In this document: piece by piece, positions 1 to 11,537 of the stretch
Layout: each line of letters opens with the position of its first letter
Numbering within the stretch: the first letter of the stretch is position 1
Source of the DNA: Octopus bimaculoides
Taxonomy: Eukaryota
Assembly (NCBI RefSeq): GCF_001194135.2
Contig: NC_068998.1
Coordinates: 23,730,492-23,774,765, forward strand
DNA: 44,274 bases
Direction of reading: 5' to 3'
The notes under the pieces: generated by a model
What the model saw: only the letters and a program-made list of their open reading frames with translations
What the model was told of the DNA's origin: nothing
Database searches by the model: none
Program-made: the position numbers and the translations under genes

Positions 1-64
<64 letters not shown>

Positions 65-110
65 ACAGACAGACAGACAGAGAGAGAGATTGATAGATAG
101 ATAGATAATA
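1..110. repeat. Compound microsatellite (AT)n-(AG)n-(AGAC)n-(GATA)n
   Basis: Directly visible simple repeats. Confidence 0.97.
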
Positions 111-1239
111 TCTCAAAATGCCTTAATAAAGAAAATAATCTCTGTAACATTTGAACTCAGTAACTAAATATTTCACGGCAATATTTCCGTGAATCTACTG
201 CCATGATATTTAATATAATTATTAGTAGTTATGAAACATCAAAACTGCTGTTGCTTGGGCGGGCGGGAGATATAGTTTACTGACAATGCAATAGTAATTG
301 ATAATTACTGCTAAGCTGTTCATCCAATCTAAGTGCAACTAGGACAGGAAATCAATGTTGTATGTGCTTGTATTTGTTTGTGCGTATTGGATTATGAAGA
401 AGTCATTTTGATTTAGGTGTGTGTATATAGTTTCTTTTAATAGGTATTTATCTATTAAGGAGTTTCATATGTCGTACATAATGTGCTGAATTAGAGAAAA
501 TGTATGTTTGAATTGGAAAGAAAGCTACACAATATACGTAGCACTGAATTGATCCGTTCACACTTGAAATGAAATATCTAAATTCTAAATTCATTGAAGT
601 TTATATTTAAATTTATTTTCGTGTATTCTGCACTTAATCAACGCTGTTCATAGGAATACAGGACAGATGTTTAATTGAGATATCAGACTTTGAAATAGAG
701 CGTATTCATTCGTTAGTTGTTTCTTTCATCTATTCTTATTTCTATAGAATTTTATTTACTTCTATACAAATTATATAATTTTCTCTCTTGAATGTTCACT
801 GCCAATAGAATGCCGTCCTAACCTATTGAAGATTCATTCCTTATGACACTGATGAAATTACTTCACATCTAATCATTAAGGTAATGGACGATATAGATTT
901 AAATATAGTACAATAGTTTTCATGTGGTTGTTATAACTTTTTTTTAAAAACTTTGATTTCATTATAATTTAAAATTCACAAAACAGAACAGAACGACTGG
1001 TTTGTTTTGGAAATGTGATGTACCAGATCAGGAGGTCCACGTTTTAGAAAATATATGCTATTTTTGTTTTTGGCATCCAGTATAATAATATTGGTTCATG
1101 AATATGCAGTGATTTGGCAGAGGCAGCGATTTCACGAACTGAAATCTTAATGTTATTAAAGGATTTCAATGTAATGAGAGAATATTTCAAGTGCAAGAGA
1201 AGTATCCTAGTGGCATATCTATTGTATATTCAGGCGTTT

Positions 1240-4200
1240 TAACATTCTATTCCCATAGGAGGGGGTATCCACAACAAGACACACACCGGGAATTCCATTC
1301 ATTTACCAGCACAGAGAGTCGAGCCCCGTCGAGTCAAGGCATACAAAGCAACCCCAATATCAGCACCAGGGCCCGACAGCATATGCTGGTGTATCCCTGC
1401 TGCATCATATGGCTCTGTACCACTTTGAGCAACATCAATTCACTCATCACTTCACAAACATTCACCAAGCTTTCCTATCGGTAATAAACTCTCTTGCCTA
1501 TCTCACTCCAAAACATCTAACCACCAAAGCTTTTCTTACTCCATCAATCCAGACAAACCGAGGACTGCCTCTAATTCTGGTACCGAGCACTTCTGCCTTC
1601 ATCACCCTCCTTACCATCCGCTCCTCATCCATCCCTTCCAAGTGGCCAAACCACCTCGACATTCGTCTATTCATTCTAGTACAAAGATTTTCTCTCATTC
1701 CTGCTCACCTTCGCACTTCCTCATTCCTGATCCTGTATATCCGTGTCACACCAACCATAGCGCCTTCAAACAACTCCTCCCAAATACATTTAGTCGCCTC
1801 CTTTCCACCTCTCTCAGACCCTAGGTCTCTGCACCATATGACATCGACGGCACAATCACGCCATAATACACAACTCTTTTCGCTTTCATGCTCAACCTTT
1901 TATCTCTCAGCATACCTTTCACATTCCCAAGTATCTTACAACCCTCCCTCACGCTATATCCCACCTCCTCAGCCAACATCCATCCGCCGTCACGCGTGAT
2001 CCTTAAAAACGCCCACTTCCTCTAACATCTCACCATTTATACTCACATCCATCCTACCAGTCATTCCATCTCTCGAAACTTTCATCGCCTTACTCTTAGC
2101 TACATTCACTTTCAGTTTTCTCCTCTCACACACTCTTCCAAACTCTACCTCAATTGCTCTTCCGAATCTGCCATCCGTGTTGTATCATCAGCAAACAACT
2201 GACTCACCTGCAATTTATCTCCATTTTCTCCCACCATTTGGGCACTCTACCAAAGATTGTAGCATTGACCTCTCACACCACAACATACATATATAGAATA
2301 AACAGCCACAGAGACATCACACAACACTGCCTTAACCTCACCTTCACATCAGACAATTCACTTACTTCACCACCCACCCTAACGCACGCCCTACTATAGA
2401 AACAGCTCTCAACAGTTCTCAACAATTTACCATTTACTCCATACAACGGAAACACCTACCACTTCGCATCTCTATCCACACGGTCATATGCCTTCTCTAG
2501 GTCCATAAAGGCCCAATATACTTCCCACCCTTTGCCAAAAACTAGTCACACACCTGCCTTACTACAAATATCTGATCTGCGCACACCCTTCCACTCCTAA
2601 AACTGAATTTTTCCTCTCCTAGTACAATCACTGAGTGGTTCGTCACCCTTACAATCATAACTCTCCCGTACAGTTTACCAAACACACATAACAGACTTAC
2701 ACCCCTGAAATTTCCTCACTCTCATTTGTCCTCTTTCCACTTTGACAATGGCATAATACAGGTACTGCACCAGTTCTTTGGTACTCTTCCATCCATATAA
2801 CAATCATTCACAAGCCTCACTAACTATTCAATCACTGTCGCCCCTCGTTTCTTTAGGCTTTCCACTGTACACCCACCTATACCTGGCGCCTTCCGGTTCG
2901 CCATTTTTCGCAAAGATACCCTCACCTCCTCCCTTTTAATTGCACCATACTTCCATTCCCCATCAAAAGGGTTTCCACTCTCTCCTCCTACAGCCACTAT
3001 ACTTGCTTCCCTATCATCTTCCACATTTAACAGCTCACTAAAATACTCTGCCCATCTCCTTTGTACATCCTCACTTCCTTTCGTCAAATTACCATTAATA
3101 TCCTACCCCATTTCTTCCCTTCCTCCAACCGCGTTCCTTAACCTCTGCACCTCTTTCCGAAACATGTTTTGATTCCTTACAAAATGTTCACTCATCTTTT
3201 TCCCAAGCCTTCCCCTCGCCTCCCATTTCGCCACTCCCACCACACTCTTTACTCTATTCTTCAAATCTCTGTAACGATCATAAGCCTGTCCATCCCTTTT
3301 CTGCAGCCACTCTTCAAAGACCCTTTTCGTCTCTGCCACCGCATCCTTTACCTGCTCATTCCACCACACTCACTACCTTTCCTCACATTCGTTCCAACCA
3401 CTCGTGTACCACATATCTCAGAGGCACATCTCATTACTGTCTATCTAAAGGCTTCCCGCTCCTCCTCCTACTCCTCATCTACTTCTTCTTCTTAACCTGT
3501 TCATATTCACCTCTCAGTTTCTTTACATATTCCTGCTCCTTCTTTCTCCTATCCAGTTCACTCAACTTCACAACTTCGCTCCTCCCTGTCACTCGTCTAG
3601 CATTCCGTTTCGAGCATACCTTCAACTTATCCTTCACTTAGAAGTGATCTGACACTCCTCCACCTTGACCTCTCATTCTAGGCACATGCACCAACCTTCC
3701 TACAACTATCTTATCAATTAATACATAATCCATAAAGGCCCTATCCACTACTGTTCTTCCCTCCAACCTCCACCATTTGAACCTGTTTTTCTCCCTATTT
3801 CTAAAAAGATTATCCACCCCCACCAACTCCTGCCCATACACATTTCCAACAACCTCTCTCCACTCTTATTCCAACCAGGAACTCCATATGTACCAACTAC
3901 ATTTTCTACTTCCTCATTTCTTACTTGCGCTTTCAAATCCCCCAACACGACCACATAGCCACTTTCCCCCACCCTATCCACACACTGTCTGTGCAATCCA
4001 GACCTCATAATTTTTCCTCACTCTTTTCGCTCCCTGGTACATACGCACTAAAAAATCACTCACATCTTCCTCCCCACCTCATCTTAAACCACTTTAACAT
4101 TGATGACAATTCCCTCTACTCCACCACACACTCCTGCACACGCTGACTCACGAGCAATGTCACTTCCTCACGATCCCTCCCTGCCCCTTCCCGAAACTCG

Positions 4201-4680
4201 TCCAGTCACATCACCAGGCTGGTACTCTTCCTTACCTTTTATCTTAGGTTCGATCAATGCAAGCACATCCATCCTTCTCTTCATCATCACGCTCCCTATC
4301 TCTCTCCTCTTTACCTCACTTGTACTGCAACCACGCACATTTCATGGCCCTAGTACTTGGGTGGGATTTGGTGCTAACCTTCTTCCACCCCTTGTCTTTT
4401 TTTGTTGTCTTTTTAGGAAACAGAATTACTAGGAGGAGTGGAATCCCAGTCCCTTCACGTCCGACCCTTTTAGTCGTTTCTTTCGACATCCAGGGAATAC
4501 GGTGACTGCATTCTACCGTTCCCCACCCCAGTTGCATGAGTGTGTTGCTAGTTAACCCATAGCTAGGACCCTTACAGGTGCTACCATTCGTGGCCAGAGT
4601 AGACCTGGTAATACTCCTCAAAACCTGAAATCAGGGCTCCAAGGTCTAACTGCCGGATGTTGTTTAGAGTCACACCCATT
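1240..4680 (-). mobile_element. Full-length, frameshifted RTE-clade LINE (APE endonuclease + reverse transcriptase)
   Basis: Minus-strand translations in canonical order: APE N-terminus (KRRMDVLALIEPK, ~4250), VVLGDLKAQV..GTYGVPGWNKSGERLL (~3900), MDYVLI..GVSDHF (~3650), WWNEQVKDAV (~3360), RKAPGIGG (~2890), AFMDLEKAYDRVD (~2490), LRQCCVMSLWLFILYM (~2320), SQLFADDT (~2185), RWFGHLEGMDEERMVRRVMKAEVLGTRIRGSPRFVW (~1600). About 3.4 kb including UTRs. Many stops and frameshifts; no clear TSD. Confidence 0.93.
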
Positions 4681-6099
4681 TCTAGTATTTACTATAAATT
4701 ATGTGAGGACGTTCATTTTAAAGCAAAATCTCCGTCAAATATGAAACGGGTGGGGGTTTAAAGAACGGAATATTCAAATGTGATTAATTGTTGCATGAAA
4801 TTATCTTCATTTAAAATTAGAAACCCTGATATTTGAAGCATGACCTTTCCTACAATTATTTCTTATAAATAAATAGTTTGTCTGTTCTTCAAAACAGTTG
4901 GAATACTATAGTAGACATGTTACACTATTCTCCGTCAGTCTACAATGTAGTTATTACTCCGCTGAGTTTTAAGCAGTAAAAGCCAAACATTTTACTACGG
5001 TACTTGAATCCAACATTTCAACTCATATATATATATATATATTAGTGTCAATTGCTCAATAAAAAGATATTTACTCAATGAATTAGCTGAAAATATGGAG
5101 GGCCTAAGTAACGTAAAAATCCTAGATGTATGAATGAATTTTAGGACTTGGTCATATGTAATTTGAAAGAAGAATGTTGCCTTTAGTATCCATAATTGAC
5201 AAAATAACCCTAACGTGTGTCCTTTAACATCAGGTGGGTTATGAATGAATTCAAATTTGCCGTACCATTTTATTGTCTAGTAGAAACATGTTGCCACTTC
5301 CTCTGAGTTGACATCATAGAAGCTATTCCATTGCCTTGACAAGGTAGAATAGAGGCTTGAATCCTTTCGACGGCAGCTGATATATAAAAACGGTCGCTGG
5401 ATATGTCTCACCTGATATATCATAAAAATAAACTTTAAGTTCAAAGCAGTAATTTAATGAGAGTTGATTAGTAATAAATTTATAATCTTTGAGATTCGTT
5501 TTTGAACACTGCTGCGCTTTCACATGTTCCCTCAGGTTTACAGAAACTAAATCTGTCTCTACTTCTGATGTAGACGCAACACGTTGACGTGTAGGAATAA
5601 GTATAAGTTCTTATAATTTATCCTCATAAATCAGTTCAACCGAGCAAACATTTAAACATAACCTATCTCTATGTATCGAGAAACACTTAATCCAATGAAG
5701 CCATCTTTTCATAAGGCGATAGGGTGTAATTTAAGGGTATATTGATGTTATTTCTAGCACAATGAACAATCGAATAGGTATTCCCGTTCGTTCTCAATAA
5801 GTTCAATTGATATACATAGTTCGATTAATCTACGTCCTTCTCTCTATAGATATTCCTTTAGTGCTTGAAACATTAAAAGAGAAAGGTTACATTAAGAACC
5901 GTGCTGTCTTTACTTATATTATGATGCGATACATTAGTGTCAAATCATTAATGTATTTAAAAGTGTGCGCACGCGTCTTTGCGTGTATGTGAGTGTGTAA
6001 GTGCATGGACGATTGCGTTTCCAGGAATCAATGAGCAGTTAGTAAATGTGGAATATAATTGGACTTGTAAAGTTACTGCATTGAATATCATAATATGAG

Positions 6100-7300
6100 G
6101 GATTTATTGCAGGCAGAGCACTGCCACTTTGCTCTAGGAAGTGCGATGGCAGCGATGCTGACAATGGCGGCGAAATCTTTGGCTGTGGTTAAATCGTGTC
6201 CTACAAAACATGGACAGTAGTTACAAAGATCAAATATACAATTTCATTAAATTATATTCAAAGCGACAAATTTGTAACAAGCAAAGAAACCTAACGAGGC
6301 ATTATTGATAATTGCAGTTCAATCCCCTTGTTGAATTGGATCTACAATAGCAAGAAGCATAATATAAAATTACTTCGGCGGAAATGCCATGAATAAATGT
6401 CATAAAACGCTCCCTGTATCGTGCGAAAGTAATGCTGTTATCGGTTTGAGTTGATGGTTGTCAGAAAAAGCATTAAATGAACTGCATAGTGCTACGCATT
6501 GGATGAGGAGAGAAAATTATAAACATTTAATCAAGGGAAAGTATTCCGTTTTCAATGATCAATTAATCATGGTCTAAGTTAAGTCCTTATAACATTATAG
6601 ATATATCAGGTTTAAATTGCGATGTCCATTTAGTATTAAACCCGATTCACGTTGCTTTGATCTCAGCAAGTAGTAATGACAATAGTACAAAATGCATGAT
6701 TAAGAGATTACGGACTTGTAACCTCTCTTTCTTACTACCCATAATGGTAGAATGGGAAAGTATTGAATTGGGATTTAGCTCTTACAGATATTTCATTTAA
6801 TCCTTTACGGGTGGAGCTTCACATAAATAATAGCATCAACGAGTAACAGCTTGATGAAAAATGTTCTGGTTAACAATATGTTACATGCTGTTTACTATGA
6901 ATCTTTGATTATGCATGTGATGTTGAGCATTTTACGTTTCTAAAGTATATGACCACTTTGCTCGTTAATAAGTAATATAGAACTGGGTGGTTTAGAAGGT
7001 TTAACTTTGTACGAATACATTAAGTTGGGTCGAAGTAATGAATGTGATACGTGAATTAATCAAAGTGTAAATGAATATATGTAAATGCCGTAGAGTTAAC
7101 ATGGTTGAGTGGTTTATTTAATAGACAACGAGCACAGAGCATAACAGCTGGGATTCAATGCATGCGTCCAGTTGTGTTTCTAATATTTTATTGTACATTA
7201 TAATGCTTAAAGAAAGAAGCAGCATCTGATTCCCTGAGAGAAAGGTCGAAAAGACCTAATCAACGATTGATTAGGCAATGACGGAGTAAGTGCGTCATCG
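6100..7300 (+). mobile_element. Very degraded LINE RT remnant (tentative)
   Basis: Motif-like peptides in plausible order: DNCSSIPLLNWIY (~6307; cf. NYRPISLL..YK), LSEKALNELHSATHW (cf. DFEKAFD..H...W), FKLRCPFS (~6610; cf. GVKQGCPLS), and an RGRP-like tail near 7240. All are weak and interrupted by stops. Confidence 0.3.
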
Positions 7301-7841
7301 TTTAAACTGAAAGAAGGAATAATGAAATGTTGCTTACGTAAAACTCTGCTCCCTTGGAAATTAGAAGGCTACATTAAATTGCATAACCTTAAAAATACTC
7401 TTCTTTAAAACAAAACAAGATGCTCGTGGTTGTAAATATTTGGGTCATTCATATATTCAATCAGACCTGATCAGGTGTTAACCAACAAACAAAACATTTT
7501 CGTCACAAAATATTCAGATATTTGATACAATACGTTATCGGTTAAGTAAACATTCATATCAAAATTACATAGCTATGTGAATGATGGTCACAGAGGTCAT
7601 GTTCTTTGTAATGGTATAAAAAAAAAAATCTTTCTTTTCTCTTTTTTACTATATGACATTTACGTCGCGAGGGGAAGAAAATCCATTAACGAGGATCAGC
7701 AGAACAATGTAACGAATAATTACATAATTTTACATACCTTCCTTGGATTTATATCTTCTTTAGCGCTGCAGGGAGATTTAAACGTACCACTGTAAGCTAA
7801 AACAATATATAATTATTAAGAATGGATTTATACATTATTCT

Positions 7842-7882
7842 TTCTGTGTCTATCTGTCTCTCTATCTCTGTCTCTATATCTC

Positions 7883-7951
<69 letters not shown>

Positions 7952-7952
7952 A
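7842..7952. repeat. (CT)n/(CTGT)n microsatellite
   Basis: Directly visible. Confidence 0.95.
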
Positions 7953-8662
7953 CTGTTGTAATAAGAAGTTTGCGTCCAATAGTGTATATTAACAACTAAA
8001 TACAAAGTCAAAGAAAATTAAGAAACCGTTCTCTTCATATTGTTCAGTATCAGCAAGAAATATTACAGAGCAGCGTAAAAAAATGTTTAACCTCCAAAAT
8101 TCTTTCTCACATATAAACCGATTTGAAGAGCTTCACTAATTCAACTACGTTATTTTTAATTGTCTACATATCTCGTATTAACATTTCATTCGAATCTTTC
8201 CATTTGAAATGCGGTCCAATTTTCCGTCGACGTTTTAGATGCAAAATCATGTCAGCAAGGAACAAATAACTTATGCCTGCATAAATTTGATGCTTTATAT
8301 ATTTATCGTATGTGTGTATCGTACTACGTGATCGTAAGTAAGGGGAAATGTTGCAGGATCAAATATATCTTGCAGTGTTTAGTTCTAACTCCAACTTATT
8401 TGAAACTTCCATCCGAAAGGGGGTTAATCCAGTAAAGTACCACCCTATTACTCATTTTTATATTGTCTAATGGACAACGTAATAAATACATGACGAGTAC
8501 TAGAAACCAACAATAAGAAAAGGTGATAGATAACACTGTTCATAGTCACGCTTTGGCCAAAGTTATCAATACGGTTTCTATCGTTTTATTTTATTTACAT
8601 TTTGCTTATATTGATTTCATATTTTGGCATTTGGCCAGTAACTTCGAGAATGGAGACAAATT

Positions 8663-8790
8663 GATTACATCGATCACAGTGATCAGCTGGTACTTATTTT
8701 ATCGACTCCGAAAGGATGGAGGGAAAAATCGGACTCGACGAAATTTGAACTCAGAACGTAAAGACGAAATACCGCCGAACACTTTTCTGT
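8663..8790 (-). mobile_element. tRNA-derived SINE fragment, family A
   Basis: Reverse complement reads ...tacgttctgagttcaaatttcgtcgagtccgatttttccctccatcctttcggagtcgataaaataagtaccag, homologous to the copies at 9076, 14161, 30849 and 31460. Contains the B-box-like GAGTTCAAATT. Confidence 0.8.
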
Positions 8791-9075
8791 TTTTAATTTC
8801 GCTTGTATTAAGCATATTTGTTAAAAGAAAAACAATCACGAACGAGTGATCTTTCCATAGCTTCTTGGTGAAATTCAATCTTGTAATGGATATTTTAAAG
8901 ACGTTAATTTCTAATGAAGAATATGGCGAAATACTATGAAAAAATATCAGTAATGTCGAAATCTCATAAGTTTTATATCTATGTCAATGTTTATACACTT
9001 GATAATAGGTGATGCGTCATAGATGATATCATGTGCGACACATCTAGTATAGATTTATGTTTTATGCAGGAAATA

Positions 9076-9290
9076 AGGCGATGTGCTGTTAAAATCGTAA
9101 GCACACAGGGCAAAATACTTTAGGGACATTTTGTCCGCCACTTTACATTCTGACTTCAAATTCTGCCGAGGTTGACTTTGTCTTTCATCCTTTCAGGTGC
9201 ATAAATTAATTTCTAGTTGATCACTGCGGTGGATGTAATCAACTTACATCCTTTCCCGAAATTGCTGGCCTTTTGTCAAATTTTAAACCA
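9076..9290 (+). mobile_element. tRNA-derived SINE, family A (near-complete, diverged)
   Basis: aggcga..head, ttctgacttcaaattctgccgaggttgactttgtctttcatcctttcagg..ataaattaa..; matches the other in-window copies. Confidence 0.8.
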
Positions 9291-10618
9291 ATATTTTATG
9301 CAGGAAATTATAGCAACTCACCTGGGCTCATAACAGAACAAAATGAGGCTTATTACAAATCTGAAGATTTATGCACAGGATGAACTAAACATATTATAAA
9401 GGTGTCTAACGACATGGAAATTATGGTACGACGAGTTGAATTGCTAAGTTTGTACAAACAATGTACGGATATGGAATTAACTATTATGTTCCACCATTTC
9501 TGCTAACATAAAATGCTGGTTGTTTGTGGTACAGGGAGCATATTGCTGCACTTGATTCGAATACGTGAAATTTGTATTTCTTATCCCTCATTTCATAGCA
9601 AAACGAGATAGGGATTTATGGAAACAGATAAAGCTTTCTTTATTCATTTCCAAATACGGGAGTTTATGTTATATTTATATTGTTATTTTATATCATTTTA
9701 ATTCTTATATCATTCTTTCGGTATATTACACAAGTCACAAACGTACATTTCATTCAAGTCTACATGGGCAAATTTATCAATTGTAATAATTCCTTTTTAC
9801 CAAGAAAAAAAAGACAAAAGTATAAAGATTTTCATATCAAACAAGGAATTTATCGTCTTAAATCCTTTCTTCAAAAAACAATAGAACCAATGAAAGAGGA
9901 GGTAACATTAAAATTTTTAGCAGTAAGTAGCAGTCTAAGAGCATCTTTATGCAATCGTTTAAAAGCATAAGTTTCCAACTCGAATGAGAGAAGATTATAA
10001 AAGAAAATTATAAGCATGCAGAATGAAGAGTTGTTGCTACAAAGGAATAATAAACAAAAGACATTATAACTGAAATTCCAATCCTATAAAGGCCTTTTAT
10101 ATTTAACCAAGGATGTGGAAAACATAAAGAAAACATTAGTGGTGTCAAAAGTTATATATTAAGTTTTGTATTCTCTTCATATATTGAGACATTTATAGAA
10201 AGCAACAGTTACAGGGAAGAAAACAAAACAAGTTCAGGTGACATCAACCCATAACAATAGATTTACTGTAGCAAAAATTGTTATGCATAAATGCGATATG
10301 AAATGTTTCATTTTAAAATTTATGAAGTTTTTGAAGTTTCTCCTTTAGAATAATTGGAATCATTGTTTACGTGATTTTAACGTAGAAATGTTTTTCATTC
10401 GATTACCAAATAACTGCATTGTAATGATGCAGTATAGGATAATAACATAAATTAAGAATGTACACTTTGGTCAACGAGAATAATTTCAATTCAAAGCTAT
10501 TGATAACACTGTACGCATACATGCATATACAACATACAAAAATATATATGCGTGTGTATGTATAGGAATATCAAAAGATATATAATGTATATGCGCATGC
10601 GTGTGAGTGTCGTATGTA

Positions 10619-10621
<3 letters not shown>

Positions 10622-10696
<75 letters not shown>

Positions 10697-10784
10697 TATA
10701 CAAATGTATACTAACGCATGTTGTGCATATATGTATGTATCTATGCGTGTGTATATGAATATATATAAACACTATATATATAGT

Positions 10785-10815
<31 letters not shown>

Positions 10816-10817
10816 AC

Positions 10818-10874
<57 letters not shown>

Positions 10875-10875
10875 T
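10622..10875. repeat. (AT)n and (GATA)n microsatellite cluster
   Basis: Directly visible; source of the YIYIYI ORFs. Confidence 0.96.
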
Positions 10876-11199
10876 TTTAATGACGAACAGTAGAATGAGT
10901 GCTCAACACTGCCTTGGTGGATTTAATATTCTTTATTTGTAGGCTAACAAAGGTACCAACGTTTTCATATAGAAAGACATCTCAGCAATTATCAAAGCTG
11001 CCATATTGTAACGATCGTATTCGTCTCCATGGTGATGTCATAATTGTTAAGAGATTTATCTCTACATGAAATGGCTGGTAGCCTTGTTAATCCACAAATA
11101 ATTATGCGTTTGTGTGTCTGTATGCATGCTTGTATGTGTATGCATGTATGTACCTTTGAGTGGCACTTACATAAATATATACATACATACATATATATA

Positions 11200-11301
<102 letters not shown>

Positions 11302-11360
11302 ACCGCGTATGTATCGTTGGCGAGTTTCTTTCTCCGTCTTCCCTTCTTTGGATTTTTCTA

Positions 11361-11432
11361 TATTTCTGATGAAGAGCTCTGCTCGAAACGTGAAATACTC
11401 TTTCTTTTCTTTCCTTTCCTGAGCGTCCAATA
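11361..11432 (+). ncRNA. Type I hammerhead ribozyme-like motif
   Basis: CUGAUGA at 11366-72, one extra A, stem II GAGC(11374-77)/UCU/GCUC(11381-84), GAAA at 11385-88, stem III ACGU(11388-91)/GCGU(11423-26) closing a pyrimidine-rich loop, GUC cleavage triplet at 11425-27, short stem I UAUU(11361-64)/AAUA(11429-32) with a U.C mismatch next to the core. Confidence 0.65.
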
Positions 11433-11506
11433 ACACTGTACTTATTCCACGTCCTCACGTTGTTGTTTTTTCGTGACTTTTCTTGCTTGTTCATGTTTGG
11501 ATTGAC

Positions 11507-11537
<31 letters not shown>

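Noticed and set aside
848-880. CTGATGA as a hammerhead core
   Set aside because: No downstream stem II or GAAA.
1191-4505. Plus-strand Ser/Pro/Leu-rich ORFs (e.g. 1409-1999)
   Set aside because: Antisense shadows of the purine-rich minus-strand RTE coding sequence.
9310-9500. ITNLKIYAQDEL..VSNDM resembling R4 RT domain 5
   Set aside because: A single short motif with no supporting neighbours; too weak to annotate.
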